From IMG/VR virus record IMGVR_UViG_2832187548_000002, positions 157 to 64,156 of that record: 64,000 nt of DNA. One strand, written 5' to 3'. The stretch comes from a virus (lineage: Duplodnaviria > Caudoviricetes). A program made the position numbers and the translations under genes. Below are positions 18,721-29,118 of this stretch, piece after piece. The notes under the pieces were generated by a model. The model had not been told where the DNA came from. It saw nothing but the letters and a program-made list of their open reading frames with translations, and did not search any database. Position 1 is the stretch's first letter. Every line of letters starts with the position of its first letter.

Positions 18721-19257
18721 TCACGCAAGGAGGATGAGTGCCGCACCCCAGAGGGCGCCCGTCATCAGTTCCCCTACGGCGATGCCGGGGGATTTGATCC
18801 GCCAACCGATTTCGTAAGCCGCAACTTGCAGCGGCCCGAGGATAAGCCACAGCCAGCCGAAGTTGATTGCCATGGGGATCAGAAAGAGAGTGGTGCGGAA
18901 CCCGAAGGCGACATGAGGATTGCCACCGGCCGCCCGAATGAAAAGCGCCTCATACCAAGAGGGCTGACGCTCATTGATGGGGCCTGGTCCACGGCCGAGT
19001 CCCTGCAGGAAACCCCATGCAGGCGTTGACCATGCAAGCCAGCACAAAGCGAAAATCAGGCTCGATGCCCAGCCGGGCAACCCCAACGTGGACACGCCGG
19101 CCGCCCAAGCCATCATGGCCACGAACGGCGCTGCGGTAATGTCGCCATTACCGGGGATGCGCTGCAGTAGCCCGACCACCCGAGTGCCGAAAAGGCCGCC
19201 GCCGCCCCGAACATGGTTGGCAATTGCGAACGCGGGGATCAAAAGCAGGCTCACCAT
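18721..19257 (-). CDS. Multi-TM membrane protein
   Basis: Several hydrophobic helices; NHVRGG and GELMTGALWG motifs. Confidence 0.7.
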   Translation of the reverse strand: MVSLLLIPAFAIANHVRGGGGLFGTRVVGLLQRIPGNGDITAAPFVAMMAWAAGVSTLGLPGWASSLIFALCWLAWSTPAWGFLQGLGRGPGPINERQPSWYEALFIRAAGGNPHVAFGFRTTLFLIPMAINFGWLWLILGPLQVAAYEIGWRIKSPGIAVGELMTGALWGAALILLA

Positions 19258-19361
19258 TTGCCGATTTCCTTTGCCGTGCGCGCCCAAATGGGCGTGTCAG
19301 GCTGGCGCGTGGCGCACGACGTCAAGGCGAGCGCCAGCAACCCGCAAAGCAGGATGCGCAT
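19251..19361 (-). CDS. Small lipoprotein (36 aa)
   Basis: MRILLCGLLALALTSCATRQPDTPIWARTAKEIGKW; lipobox LTSC; AGGAG RBS; not in ORF track. Confidence 0.65.
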   Translation of the reverse strand: MRILLCGLLALALTSCATRQPDTPIWARTAKEIGKW

Positions 19362-19383
19362 TGCCACTCCTATGTGTTTGAGA

Positions 19384-19911
19384 TCAGGTGCCGAGAGTTG
19401 CGCCGGCGCGCCAAATCGCGTCGGCTTGTTCGTCGGTCATGCCGTTGGCTTCTAGGAACGCCTGAACGAAGGCGTGGTGACGATGGAAGGCTTGATTCCC
19501 GCGTAGCAGCATCGTCGCCGTGAACCGTTCGCCCTCGGGCAGCGTCGCAATGAAAGCGGCGAACGGCGCGGGCAGCGGGCCGGTAATCGCGTCCTCGGCT
19601 TCCTGTTGCGTGATGATTCCCGCGATGGCTGCGGCGGCAAAGAATTGCCAGCGCGATAGCTCCTCGGGGACGGGTGGGGGTGGGGCGTCGGCGACGTCAT
19701 ATTTTGTCATGACGAAGCCGGTTTCGGACATGACGTAGTAGGGCTCCCCAACCGTCACCTTGCCGGGGGGAACGACAAACGCGCCAGGAACAGCCAAGTC
19801 CACTGCAGCCAGCTCAAAAGGGGACCACAGCTGTTCGATGATGGCGGGATGCTGGATATCGTCGATCGGCTCGCCTCGCCAAGGCTGCAAGGTCGATATG
19901 CGGACAAGCAT
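19384..19911 (-). CDS. Tail fibre assembly-like protein
   Basis: PPPVPEELSRWQF...GMTDEQADAIWRAGATL, typical of fibre-chaperone C-termini. Confidence 0.7.
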   Translation of the reverse strand: MLVRISTLQPWRGEPIDDIQHPAIIEQLWSPFELAAVDLAVPGAFVVPPGKVTVGEPYYVMSETGFVMTKYDVADAPPPPVPEELSRWQFFAAAAIAGIITQQEAEDAITGPLPAPFAAFIATLPEGERFTATMLLRGNQAFHRHHAFVQAFLEANGMTDEQADAIWRAGATLGT

Positions 19912-19933
19912 GTGCGAGTTCCAATGTTCGAAG

Positions 19934-20605
19934 CTAAGAAATGGTGATGCGGAGGCCACCCGTCGCACCGGCGCCGCCAGGATTGCCCGCCGTACCGCCA
20001 GCGCCGCCGGCTCCGACGACGCTTGTTAGGGTGCTGCCAGGGATGGGGGCGCCGGCTTGGCCGTAGTAGTAGGTCTTCTTGAAGTACCCGCCGCCGCCGC
20101 CAGCGCCGCAATACGCACCCGACGCGTTGAGGCCAGAGCCACCACCGCCACCGTATGGGGTTCCCGGCTCGCCACCGCCGCTGTAGCGGGCGGCGCCACC
20201 GGTGCCCCCACCAAAGCCAACGCCGCCGCTATCGCCCCCCTTGCCGCCAGGATTGGACGACGCATAGGCCCCGCCACCACGCTGGCCAGAGATATTCACA
20301 TCACCGCCCGTGGCGATGCCCCCGAGGCCGCCAAGCGAACTGTTGCTGAGGGTTCCGGCTGGCGGTTGACCACCTTGCGCATAGAGCGACAGGGCGGCAA
20401 CGGTCGTGTCGCCGCCAGCCGTTCCGCGCCCGTAGCTGCTAGCCGTGGTGCTGCAACCACCCGCGGCAGCGGCAAAGCCCTCAATGACCATCACGTTGTA
20501 TTGCGGAACAACGTCATTGAAGGTTCCAGCTGTGCCATGTGTAATCACCTGCGGCACAACGGCCCGAAGAAAGCCGATCATTGTTGCAGTATCGCCGGGC
20601 AACAT
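19934..20605 (-). CDS. Glycine-rich tail fibre protein
   Basis: GGGGG-rich; VVGAGGAGG...GGAGATGGLRITIS. Confidence 0.75.
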   Translation of the reverse strand: MLPGDTATMIGFLRAVVPQVITHGTAGTFNDVVPQYNVMVIEGFAAAAGGCSTTASSYGRGTAGGDTTVAALSLYAQGGQPPAGTLSNSSLGGLGGIATGGDVNISGQRGGGAYASSNPGGKGGDSGGVGFGGGTGGAARYSGGGEPGTPYGGGGGSGLNASGAYCGAGGGGGYFKKTYYYGQAGAPIPGSTLTSVVGAGGAGGTAGNPGGAGATGGLRITIS

Positions 20606-21894
20606 CAGTTGATTGCCTTGACTAGGTTGGCATGGATCCGCTCGCTACCCGGCGCAACCGATTCAACCTGATAATAGAGCTTGTCCCATGCATTATCGCC
20701 GGTCGACAGCGCCGGGATGACGCCATTCGCGAACTTCCAGCAAGAGGCGAAGGATAATGTTTGGCCACCCGGGGTGCCTTGGTAGATCGAGATATAACCC
20801 GTCTGGCCAGCCTTCATGCCAGTGGGGATTGCCAACGTCGTGTTGCCTCCCATCACAAACCAATGGTTGATCTTGGTGAAATCCAAGGTCAGCGAGGATG
20901 CCCATGTGGCAGGCTTGGGGGCGGCCGCACTCCAAACCTCATCGGTCACCAGCACCTTGCCGGCCACGTTGGCGGCATATTCTGCCCCGGTCGCCCAATC
21001 TTTGAACGCGGCGCTTTTTACAAGCGCGCCGGCTACCTTCAGAGTGCCAGACTTCAGATCGAAGCCGGAAGCATCCAGTAAGGCAAGCGCGGTGCCGTCC
21101 TGCTTCGTGAAATAGTGGCTGTCGACGCTGACCGTGTGCTGCGTGACACTCGGGCCGAACGATATGCCGGCGAACCCTGCGGATGCCGTGTCGTTCTTGA
21201 CATAGAGGAAGCCATAGACGTTCGCCCGGCCCGTCGAAAGCTTGTATTGGGCGTTCGAATTATTCGCAGTTGCCGCGTTCCGGACTTCCGCCGAAACGTC
21301 GAAGCCACCCGACGTCTTCGCGTAAACGAGGGCTGATCCGCTTGCGGACCAACGGGCATCAAGTTCGTTTTTCACGAAAGCCGTGCTGGCGGCGCGGGTA
21401 TTCGCCGTTCCCAACGCCTCGGTCGGTACGAACAGATAGCCGGTATATTGGCCGCTTACCGCATTTAGGCCGGTGAAGTTCTGTTGCGCTGTCCAGGACT
21501 GGTTAACATTCAACCGCGCCACATTCGACGACGACAAGGTGCTATCCCAATCGGCGAGGTTGTTGGCACTGACGACGCCAGGTATCCACCCGGTGGCACT
21601 CTTGATCAGAACCTGCAGGTTTGCCGCACCAGCAACGTCGACGTCGGTTAAATCGTCGAGTCCGAAGGATGCGCCGACGTTGAGCTTACCGTTCAGCGCT
21701 TCTTGCAGGCCGGGAATATCTGCAAAGCCGTGCTGGTGAATTTTCGCGGCCTTGCCATCCAAAGCCGTCAGAATAGCGCCAACGTCCTGCCCGATCATGA
21801 TAATTGCAACACGGATGCGCGGAAACTCTTGCGCTACCGTGTTGGTCTCGTCGGGCGTCGGGTAGTTTCGCACCGGCTCGTGAGAGTCAGCCAT
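20605..21894 (-). CDS. Tail fibre protein
   Basis: HQHGFADIPGLQEALNGK, LDDLTDVD, AASTAFVK fibre motifs. Confidence 0.8.
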   Translation of the reverse strand: MADSHEPVRNYPTPDETNTVAQEFPRIRVAIIMIGQDVGAILTALDGKAAKIHQHGFADIPGLQEALNGKLNVGASFGLDDLTDVDVAGAANLQVLIKSATGWIPGVVSANNLADWDSTLSSSNVARLNVNQSWTAQQNFTGLNAVSGQYTGYLFVPTEALGTANTRAASTAFVKNELDARWSASGSALVYAKTSGGFDVSAEVRNAATANNSNAQYKLSTGRANVYGFLYVKNDTASAGFAGISFGPSVTQHTVSVDSHYFTKQDGTALALLDASGFDLKSGTLKVAGALVKSAAFKDWATGAEYAANVAGKVLVTDEVWSAAAPKPATWASSLTLDFTKINHWFVMGGNTTLAIPTGMKAGQTGYISIYQGTPGGQTLSFASCWKFANGVIPALSTGDNAWDKLYYQVESVAPGSERIHANLVKAIN

Positions 21895-21904
21895 CTGTCA
21901 GGCC

Positions 21905-24900
21905 TCAATGAGTGAAAGCGCGGAGGTCCGCGATAGAGGGCCGGGCAGAGGGGCCACCGTTCAAGGTGATCTTGAGCCGCCCGTTAAGGCCCGTGAATGC
22001 CGGCAGCTGATGGGCAGGCTCGGTCCAGCCGTCGCCAAGGGGCTGGGTTGCGCCGGGCACCTCGGGAACAGGAACCCAGACCCCATCTGAGTTGTCCATT
22101 TCGATGGTGGCGCCGGAACCGGCCGGGATAAGCTTGGCAAATACGGCATCGAGGGTGACCGGGTTGCCAGCCGCCCACGCCTTGGTGATGTACGTTCCGG
22201 TGGGACGGATCCGCCCGCAGATGATTTGAACGCCGGGGTATAGGATCGGCGAAATGTTCGTACTGCCTTCTAGGACAGCCCGAACCTTCACGTGTTCCGT
22301 CACGTACTCAGCAAAGGACCACGTCTGGCCCGGCATGAGGGCAATCACCTCACCCGTTGCCCGCACGAATTCGAAGTGAAAGCGGGCATCTTCCGTGGGG
22401 ATATCGACGGTGCCACGGATAGTGATGTCGGACACCTGATCTAGGTCGCCGGCCCACAATTCGACGGTCAACGTCGTCGAGGTATATTTCGCCGCGACTT
22501 CTTCGAAGCAATGGTCGGCATCCAGCATAACCAGCCAGCTGGCCCGGTTCGACGACGAGAAGAGGTCGCCAATCGTATAGGGCTGCGCTGCAATGCGCTG
22601 TTGCGTCACCGGGTCGACATCGCCGAGCTTGGCGATTGCGACGGCATGCTCCGCATCGTCGGTAAGGATGACGTTGCAGAACAAGTCGTTATCCACCAGA
22701 TAGATCGGCGCGCCGAAGCGAGGCTTCACCGGAACGCCAATGGTGACGGTGTTCATGTTGATGAATGCTTCGGCCATCACCTCTTGCGTCGGCTCGCCGT
22801 TGTCCATCGTGGCCAACTGCACGCGCACGCCCTTGGCCCGGTTGCCGATCTCGGTGAACTTGAAGTTCAAGCCGATGATTTGGCGAGGCTCGGGAACGGC
22901 GAAGGACTGTGCGAGCGGGTCCTTGCTGCCGCCACGCGTCGGCTCGCTGCCTGTATTGATCGACGTGTTGGGCGTGCGAACCACCGTCGTTGTCCGAACG
23001 ACGTTGGTCACGTTGGTGATGTTGTTGATGATCGTCACCGGCGGGGGCGCATCGCGGCTGATGAGCGTCACCATGCGTGCCGTCACGACGTCAATGTCAT
23101 GGTTGCCCACATAGAGCGCCTCTGCGAAGGTGTCGGCGGCTCCGGTGGCACGAACGCGAGAGGTGCCAACAGGGATATTGGGCGGCACGGTGATGTTCAC
23201 GACAAGCACACCGTTCCCATCGGCAGTTTGCGTCCCGGCCGGCTTCACGTCGATGCCGGCAAACGTCAGCGTCGCGAGATTCTCACCGGCGCCGAAACCG
23301 TTGATGGTGCATTTCACCGGGATCTCTCGAATGAACGACCCGGTTTCCTGCGTGGTGTCCTCGACGACCGTTAGGGTTTGCTCACCCGGCGGCTGTCCTG
23401 GCGCGGCCACGAATTCTTGCGTGATGGGCGACAGGTAATTTGTGACGGTCTCTTTCCAATAATCCACATTCGGCTCGAGCCGGAGTTCTGCCGGCATCGA
23501 ATTGAAGTTGGCATGCGGATTGATTTTCATGCTGCTTGAGGCAATCGGCTGGCTGATTACCACTTCTTCGGTGTAGGGCAGCGTCACCAGATTGTTGCCG
23601 ACCGGGATGATTTCGATCAGGTCGACCGCCAGCTGCAGCACCCCGCGGTTCACGGCTGCCGTCTGCGGCGCGCCCTGGTCGCGGTAAAAGTCCGTCGTGA
23701 AATTGTCAGTGAAGATGCCGCGCTTGGCGACTGGTGAGGACGCGGCGATCTTCGAAAGAGACGCCTGCCGGTCCAACGTCGCAGCCACCGCGAACAGAAG
23801 CGCTTTCATACGCGCAATCTCGTCCTGCGACGTCCGGCGGGTCCCGTTGTTGTTCACGACGGGAAGAGACATCCACGTGTTGGTCACTTCCGCCAGCTTA
23901 AGAAGGCCATAGGGCGGCTGGGGAGCCATCAAGCTTTGGCGCGTCGAGATACCCTTGACGTAAACGGGCAGGCCGAACCGGTCTAGGCAGACGAGGTCCA
24001 CGCGTGGCAGCTTGGAGGTGTAGAACACCAACACCGGTTGCCCATTGACGCCGCCCGTCACCTTGATCGTCGTCGGCGTAACCTCGTCCGGCAGAACCGG
24101 GGAGTTGTAAAGATAGGTGACGCTGTACGTGCTGGCAGCGGCGGGTTCGGCACCGCCAGGTGCCCAAGAAACGTTCCCGTTCGAAAGCACATAGTCGGTA
24201 TTGCCGGCGAAGGTGGTAGCCCCCTGCGTGATCTGCTCAATGGCGACAACGGACGAAAACTGCAAAGCATCCGTCCCGCCCGGCACGGGGCCGCGCACCA
24301 CACTTTGCGTCGTGCGCTTGACTATCACCACGGAAGAAACCGCCGCAATCGGCGGGCGCTGCACGGTGATGGTGTGTTGCCCGCCGGTGGGCGAAGTCCA
24401 CATCGAGGTTTCGGCCGCGACGGTTTCGACGTCGAATTCCTCTGGCACGACGAGAGGCAGCGCGCCATAGCGGATCTTCTTGTAGCCAAGAATATTCGCC
24501 TCGCCAGCTGCGATGGAAAACACCTGTCCTTCGCCGCGGTTGCCGATTGCCTGGACCATGTTGCCAGATACGATGTAGTGCCCAGCAAGGCCGTAATCGT
24601 AGCCAGCTATCAGGTTTTGAATACCAGACAGTGCAGACGGCGGGGTTTGGTCAATGACGGTGCCGCGCTGCAGGAAATACACCTGATAGAAGGCACCCGG
24701 CTGGTTGTCGTTCTCCAGCGCCCACACGAGGGATTCGATTACACGGGCGCCGATAGGTTCATTCTCGGCCTCTGTGCCCGGCCCAAGCCCTCGCAGCGAC
24801 GGATCGTCTTCGTGCGTGATGGTGGTGGTCTGCAGGCGAACACCGATCTGCACATCGCCCGTCATGGGGACGTCGTGGAATATGGCTGCGCCGACCGGGC

Positions 24901-25171
24901 GCACGTCGCCATTTACGAAGACGGTTCCCGACGACAACGTGACGGTTTTCGAGACGGCATCAACGATGATGTCGCAACCGGTCTGCCTGTCGCCATCACG
25001 GGCCGTCATGTTGGCGACGCGCTGGTTGCGGCGCATCTCCATGGTTGCGCCTTCATTGAAGGTGGCGCCGTCGACGAAAGACCGTTCGGAGAACAGGGCG
25101 CGCGACCAATTCGGATTGGCCGGCGCACGGTCATAGGTCATCGGCGGGGCGCCCGCGACTTCGAATGGCAT
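21905..25171 (-). CDS. Large baseplate/fibre protein (DUF4815-like)
   Basis: 1088 aa after gpI; KRGIFTDNF, INPHANF, DPLAQSF motifs. Confidence 0.8.
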   Translation of the reverse strand: MPFEVAGAPPMTYDRAPANPNWSRALFSERSFVDGATFNEGATMEMRRNQRVANMTARDGDRQTGCDIIVDAVSKTVTLSSGTVFVNGDVRPVGAAIFHDVPMTGDVQIGVRLQTTTITHEDDPSLRGLGPGTEAENEPIGARVIESLVWALENDNQPGAFYQVYFLQRGTVIDQTPPSALSGIQNLIAGYDYGLAGHYIVSGNMVQAIGNRGEGQVFSIAAGEANILGYKKIRYGALPLVVPEEFDVETVAAETSMWTSPTGGQHTITVQRPPIAAVSSVVIVKRTTQSVVRGPVPGGTDALQFSSVVAIEQITQGATTFAGNTDYVLSNGNVSWAPGGAEPAAASTYSVTYLYNSPVLPDEVTPTTIKVTGGVNGQPVLVFYTSKLPRVDLVCLDRFGLPVYVKGISTRQSLMAPQPPYGLLKLAEVTNTWMSLPVVNNNGTRRTSQDEIARMKALLFAVAATLDRQASLSKIAASSPVAKRGIFTDNFTTDFYRDQGAPQTAAVNRGVLQLAVDLIEIIPVGNNLVTLPYTEEVVISQPIASSSMKINPHANFNSMPAELRLEPNVDYWKETVTNYLSPITQEFVAAPGQPPGEQTLTVVEDTTQETGSFIREIPVKCTINGFGAGENLATLTFAGIDVKPAGTQTADGNGVLVVNITVPPNIPVGTSRVRATGAADTFAEALYVGNHDIDVVTARMVTLISRDAPPPVTIINNITNVTNVVRTTTVVRTPNTSINTGSEPTRGGSKDPLAQSFAVPEPRQIIGLNFKFTEIGNRAKGVRVQLATMDNGEPTQEVMAEAFINMNTVTIGVPVKPRFGAPIYLVDNDLFCNVILTDDAEHAVAIAKLGDVDPVTQQRIAAQPYTIGDLFSSSNRASWLVMLDADHCFEEVAAKYTSTTLTVELWAGDLDQVSDITIRGTVDIPTEDARFHFEFVRATGEVIALMPGQTWSFAEYVTEHVKVRAVLEGSTNISPILYPGVQIICGRIRPTGTYITKAWAAGNPVTLDAVFAKLIPAGSGATIEMDNSDGVWVPVPEVPGATQPLGDGWTEPAHQLPAFTGLNGRLKITLNGGPSARPSIADLRAFTH

Positions 25172-25182
25172 GGAGTCGAACC

Positions 25183-26295
25183 TCAGAATGTCAGGAGAAA
25201 GGTGCAGCGCTCCCGTACGGTGAGGCCGAACGGGATAGAGACGGCCGACCCCGCCAAGGGGATGCCGCCCGAAAACTGGTCAGGGGTAAGCCACATCAAG
25301 CCCGGCTTGAGCCCCACAGCAGGGCCGCCGCCAAAGACGGGTGCAACCGAAGCTGCTGCCGAGCCAGAGCCGTCGCCGAAATCGGTGCGCGCACGCAGCA
25401 CCATGGCCGTGGGCGTTGTGGTGAGCGTCGTCCATTTGCTCGCGCCCACCTGGTATTCGCCAGCCGACGAAACGGCCACGGGATGAATGACAGCGCGGCG
25501 GAAACCAATCGGGTTGCCATCGGCGTCGTCGAAGCGGAGCCATGGCTGATAGGCCGTTACGGCCTCGGCAATGGCATTGCGGCGGGCCTGCGCTGCGGGA
25601 ACCGACCACACGAAATCTTCGTCAACCCATAGGTTGTTGTCGCTCCCCCAAGGGCCGCCTTCATCAACAGGCGGAATCCACGCATCGAGGGCGGTAAGTT
25701 CGGCCTGCGTCAGTGCCCGGGTGAAGTCGTAATTCCGACCGAAGGACCATTTCGCGCCGATACCGGGAAGGGTGACGCCGGAATTGTCCGAATAGATCGC
25801 ATTCGACGCTTTTGACTTGGACGTGACGAAAGCGCGGACGTCATAGCCCGCGAAGCCTCGGCTAAATTTCGAGCGGACGGGCGGCGATAGGCTGACAATG
25901 CCGTCGATGCGTTCCAAGTCCGGCAGGTCGTGGTCGCGCACCCGGTCAAGCTGGATTTGGAACCTGTTCCAGCGCCTGCGCCAGGTGGGTTCTTCCTCCA
26001 ATGTGCCGCCGTAGCCGAGCCATCCGAGGCCCATAAAGATGGCGGCCGGTGTTCCCCTCACGCGCTGCCACTGAATACCTTCGCGGATCAGCTGATAGAG
26101 GCTGGGCACATAGGGAGACAATTCTCCGAGCCCATACTCATAGATGAGGTACGGCAGGAACGAAGGTGGCGGATTGCCAAGCTTCAAACCGCGCAGTGCG
26201 GTGACGTTGGGGTCGACAAGCCCATAGATGTCGGAGGCCAGGGAAATCGCCTTCCCGAGGGGAGGCGATGCCGGCGGAAGCAGATCTTCGGCCAT
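25183..26295 (-). CDS. Tail protein I (P2 gpI-like)
   Basis: LLPP...FLPYLIYEYGL...RVRGTPAAI. Confidence 0.85.
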   Translation of the reverse strand: MAEDLLPPASPPLGKAISLASDIYGLVDPNVTALRGLKLGNPPPSFLPYLIYEYGLGELSPYVPSLYQLIREGIQWQRVRGTPAAIFMGLGWLGYGGTLEEEPTWRRRWNRFQIQLDRVRDHDLPDLERIDGIVSLSPPVRSKFSRGFAGYDVRAFVTSKSKASNAIYSDNSGVTLPGIGAKWSFGRNYDFTRALTQAELTALDAWIPPVDEGGPWGSDNNLWVDEDFVWSVPAAQARRNAIAEAVTAYQPWLRFDDADGNPIGFRRAVIHPVAVSSAGEYQVGASKWTTLTTTPTAMVLRARTDFGDGSGSAAASVAPVFGGGPAVGLKPGLMWLTPDQFSGGIPLAGSAVSIPFGLTVRERCTFLLTF

Positions 26296-26296
26296 G

Positions 26297-27154
26297 TCAG
26301 TACGCGCGGCCGCGGTTGTTCAAAACGATGTTTCGGATCGAAATGGCCTGTTCCGGCGACGCCACGACGTCGGCAGCCGGGGAGATAACCGCCACCTTCT
26401 GCACGCCAGCCTTCATGAGGCGGGCCGATATCCATGCGCGGACGAGGTCGAAGCCGAGACCGGTTTCGCTTGTCCACGCCGCCCGCAGGCCATCTGATAG
26501 CGTTTGAATGACGCTGTCGGGGGTTTCCGGCAGGAGCCATATGTCGGCCTCGATGTCCACCACGCTGAAAACGGCAGACCGAACCACTATGGTGTCATTC
26601 ACCATGCGCACCGCAGGGTCGTTCACAGCGGCGCGGACGAGGGCCAACAAAGGCTCATCCGCTACGCCATTGTTGTCGGCCGCATACACCGCGATGTAGA
26701 CGGTGGGATCGTCGCCATCGCGATACACCACGGCGTCGGCGACACGCACGCTCGCCCCCAACGCAACGGAGCGATACCGGGGCGCGGTGCCACCAGTTGA
26801 CCGGCCCTGAATTGCGAGGATGACGCGACGCTTGAAAGCGTCATCGAGTTCGCCCGGCAACCTCACCACGCCATAGAATGCCGCCAAGTGGTCGAGGTCC
26901 GACTTTTGCGCCCCTGCCAGCAGGTTCGCCCACACCACATAGTTGATGCGCTCGCGCACCAGCGTTTCGCGGCCGGCGAACGTCTCAATGAGGATCCGCA
27001 GCGGCTCGTCTTCCAAATCGATGACGCCGGCAGCGTCGGGGAAGAGTTCCAGCAGGCGGTCGCGCATGCGCGCGATAATCACCTCGGAATCTACTTCCTC
27101 AATGGCAGTCGGGGGCGGATACCCCGACAGGTCGAAAACGGTTGAATCAGCCAT
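26297..27154 (-). CDS. Baseplate J protein
   Basis: DLSGYPPPTAIEE...DLDHLAAFYGVVRL...STGGT. Confidence 0.9.
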   Translation of the reverse strand: MADSTVFDLSGYPPPTAIEEVDSEVIIARMRDRLLELFPDAAGVIDLEDEPLRILIETFAGRETLVRERINYVVWANLLAGAQKSDLDHLAAFYGVVRLPGELDDAFKRRVILAIQGRSTGGTAPRYRSVALGASVRVADAVVYRDGDDPTVYIAVYAADNNGVADEPLLALVRAAVNDPAVRMVNDTIVVRSAVFSVVDIEADIWLLPETPDSVIQTLSDGLRAAWTSETGLGFDLVRAWISARLMKAGVQKVAVISPAADVVASPEQAISIRNIVLNNRGRAY

Positions 27155-27560
27155 TTTGTGTCGGGGTCGTATCGATGATGGTAACGGCTGCGGTGCCGAT
27201 GTTGGACACCAGCACGCGCTTGTTGCCGTAGACCGTGAAATCCCCAAGCGGCGCGCGCGGTCGCCACTGCACTTCGATTTGAAGCCCGGCCTTACCGCCG
27301 CGGTCGACTGACACTGGCGTAACGCGCGTCAGTACCACCCGAGGGTCCTGCAGCAAGGCGATGCCGACAGCTGCGAAGAAACGAAGGAACGTTTCCGGGA
27401 CCATGTTCTCGCCAAGCAGGCGGGGCGTTGCGCTACCGAAGTCGCGGCGCAAGAAGCGTTCCCCGAAGTTGGTCGAGAAAATGATCCCCATGCCCTGAAC
27501 GGTGGACTCCCATCCCTCGATGCGACGTCCGGTCGTCCAGTTCAAACCGACAAGCGGCAT
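27147..27560 (-). CDS. Baseplate wedge gpW/gp25-like protein
   Basis: GLNWTTGR...IFSTNFGERFLRRDFGS. Confidence 0.85.
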   Translation of the reverse strand: MPLVGLNWTTGRRIEGWESTVQGMGIIFSTNFGERFLRRDFGSATPRLLGENMVPETFLRFFAAVGIALLQDPRVVLTRVTPVSVDRGGKAGLQIEVQWRPRAPLGDFTVYGNKRVLVSNIGTAAVTIIDTTPTQNG

Positions 27561-27566
27561 TGCGGA

Positions 27567-27758
27567 TCAGGCCTTGCCGCCTTTGGGCGCGGGCTTGTCC
27601 TCGTCGGGCCTCTTCTCGGGCGCCAACTCGATGGTGCCGAGCATCAGTTCGTATTCCGCCTGGTTGGCCGTAAGCCAAAGCTTGCCATCCTTGGGCTTGC
27701 GGGCACCGGCAACGAACGGGCCGGCCTTGTCGGTGACAAGATAGAGCTTCTTTTCCAT
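27567..27758 (-). CDS. Small hypothetical virion protein
   Basis: Between gpV and gpW; GAGG RBS. Confidence 0.6.
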   Translation of the reverse strand: MEKKLYLVTDKAGPFVAGARKPKDGKLWLTANQAEYELMLGTIELAPEKRPDEDKPAPKGGKA

Positions 27759-27766
27759 TGGGAACC

Positions 27767-28351
27767 TCATGCAGGCGGCCCGGTATTCGCCGGGCCGGGC
27801 AAAACGCCTGTGTGAATATGATCGTGTCCGACGTTCTTGCCCTCGTGTTCGAAGGCACCGCCCGAGGCCTTGAAGTCACCTTCAATGGTAACGTTGCCCT
27901 TGATCGTGACGTCTGACACGATGGCGACTTTGTCGTTGATGGTGACGGATACACCGCCTTTGGTGACCTGCAGGTCGCTGCCATCCAGCTTGATGCGGAA
28001 GCCGCCATAGGTGGCAACGTTCTCGTCGCCTTTCGTGCTGGGGCTCGGGTTCGCATCCGATTTCGTCATCGGGATAGCGAGCCCCTGGCGAAAGTCGCCG
28101 GCACCGGCAAGCGCCGTCATCTGTTGCCCGATCGACGGTGGTGTGTGCACCTTCAATGCGCCCATGAACTGCGCATATGGGATGGGCGCGGACAGGAAAG
28201 GTTCGTCATCGGTTCCGCCCAGCCGCAGCCGGACGGTTCCTGCATCAGCGTCAACGGAGTGCACCGGCCCCTGCGTGACCATGCCGTCCAGCTTGCGCTC
28301 GACTTCGGCGATCCTCGCCAGGAGGTGCGCCAGCACGTCGTCAAACGTCAT
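27767..28351 (-). CDS. Baseplate spike gpV
   Basis: PPSIGQQM and C-terminal HIHTGV iron-binding motif. Confidence 0.9.
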   Translation of the reverse strand: MTFDDVLAHLLARIAEVERKLDGMVTQGPVHSVDADAGTVRLRLGGTDDEPFLSAPIPYAQFMGALKVHTPPSIGQQMTALAGAGDFRQGLAIPMTKSDANPSPSTKGDENVATYGGFRIKLDGSDLQVTKGGVSVTINDKVAIVSDVTIKGNVTIEGDFKASGGAFEHEGKNVGHDHIHTGVLPGPANTGPPA

Positions 28352-29118
28352 GGCGCCGGCGTGCTGTCGGCGATGACTAGGTCACCGGCTTCTGCATCCT
28401 CAACCGTCCATTGTGTAATGGCGGCCGAGTCGGGCGGCTGCAAACGGCCAAGACCAATGCCGTGAATAGCCTCAGAAGTGAGGCCCAGCGCGTAGCGGGC
28501 CTCTTCCCACTCGGGGATATCGGCCGGGCTCTCAATGGCGCGTTGCATCAGATCAGCAAACGGCTGCATGTCGGGCTCGGCCCGCATCGCGTCGAGGAAT
28601 TCGCCCCACGGCGTGGCCGGGTCGATTTCACCGAACTGCGGATCGGCTATCAGTTCCACGGTAAGGATGTATTCGCGCGCCTGCACGCGAACGCCTTTTT
28701 CCGTCTCGATGATGAACGGGCGGCTCGTCAGTTCCTTGACGCCTACCGTGAACAGCTTCCACAGCCGCCCCCATGGGGTGGTGTCGTCGTCCAACGCGCG
28801 CGTGATTTGCCGCCAGACGAGGGCATAGACAAGATCCGATGCCGAGTTGCGCACGGCCAACGGCGTGCCCTCGACGACAACCTTATCGGCGGGCAAGTGC
28901 ACGTGGATGGAAATATCGGCCAAGCGGTCGATGGCCAACATATCGCGCCCGCAGGCTTTGCCGCCATCTTCGCCGCCGAACACGGCAATGCGGACACCAT
29001 CGAGGACAGCCCCGAGGGGGTTTTGCGGGGCAAATGTCACGTCATTGTCTGCAAGCGTGCGGCCACGAAGCGCATAGGTGAGCGAGACACCAGCGGCAAA
29101 GGCGATGATGCTGCTCAC
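28348..29118 (-). CDS. Putative tail completion protein
   Basis: Position between head-tail joining gene and gpV; GTGA overlap. Confidence 0.55.
   Translation of the reverse strand: MSSIIAFAAGVSLTYALRGRTLADNDVTFAPQNPLGAVLDGVRIAVFGGEDGGKACGRDMLAIDRLADISIHVHLPADKVVVEGTPLAVRNSASDLVYALVWRQITRALDDDTTPWGRLWKLFTVGVKELTSRPFIIETEKGVRVQAREYILTVELIADPQFGEIDPATPWGEFLDAMRAEPDMQPFADLMQRAIESPADIPEWEEARYALGLTSEAIHGIGLGRLQPPDSAAITQWTVEDAEAGDLVIADSTPAP

Noticed and set aside
19384-25171. Diversity-generating retroelement or invertible tail-fibre cassette
   Set aside because: No reverse transcriptase, no template/variable repeat pair and no invertase seen
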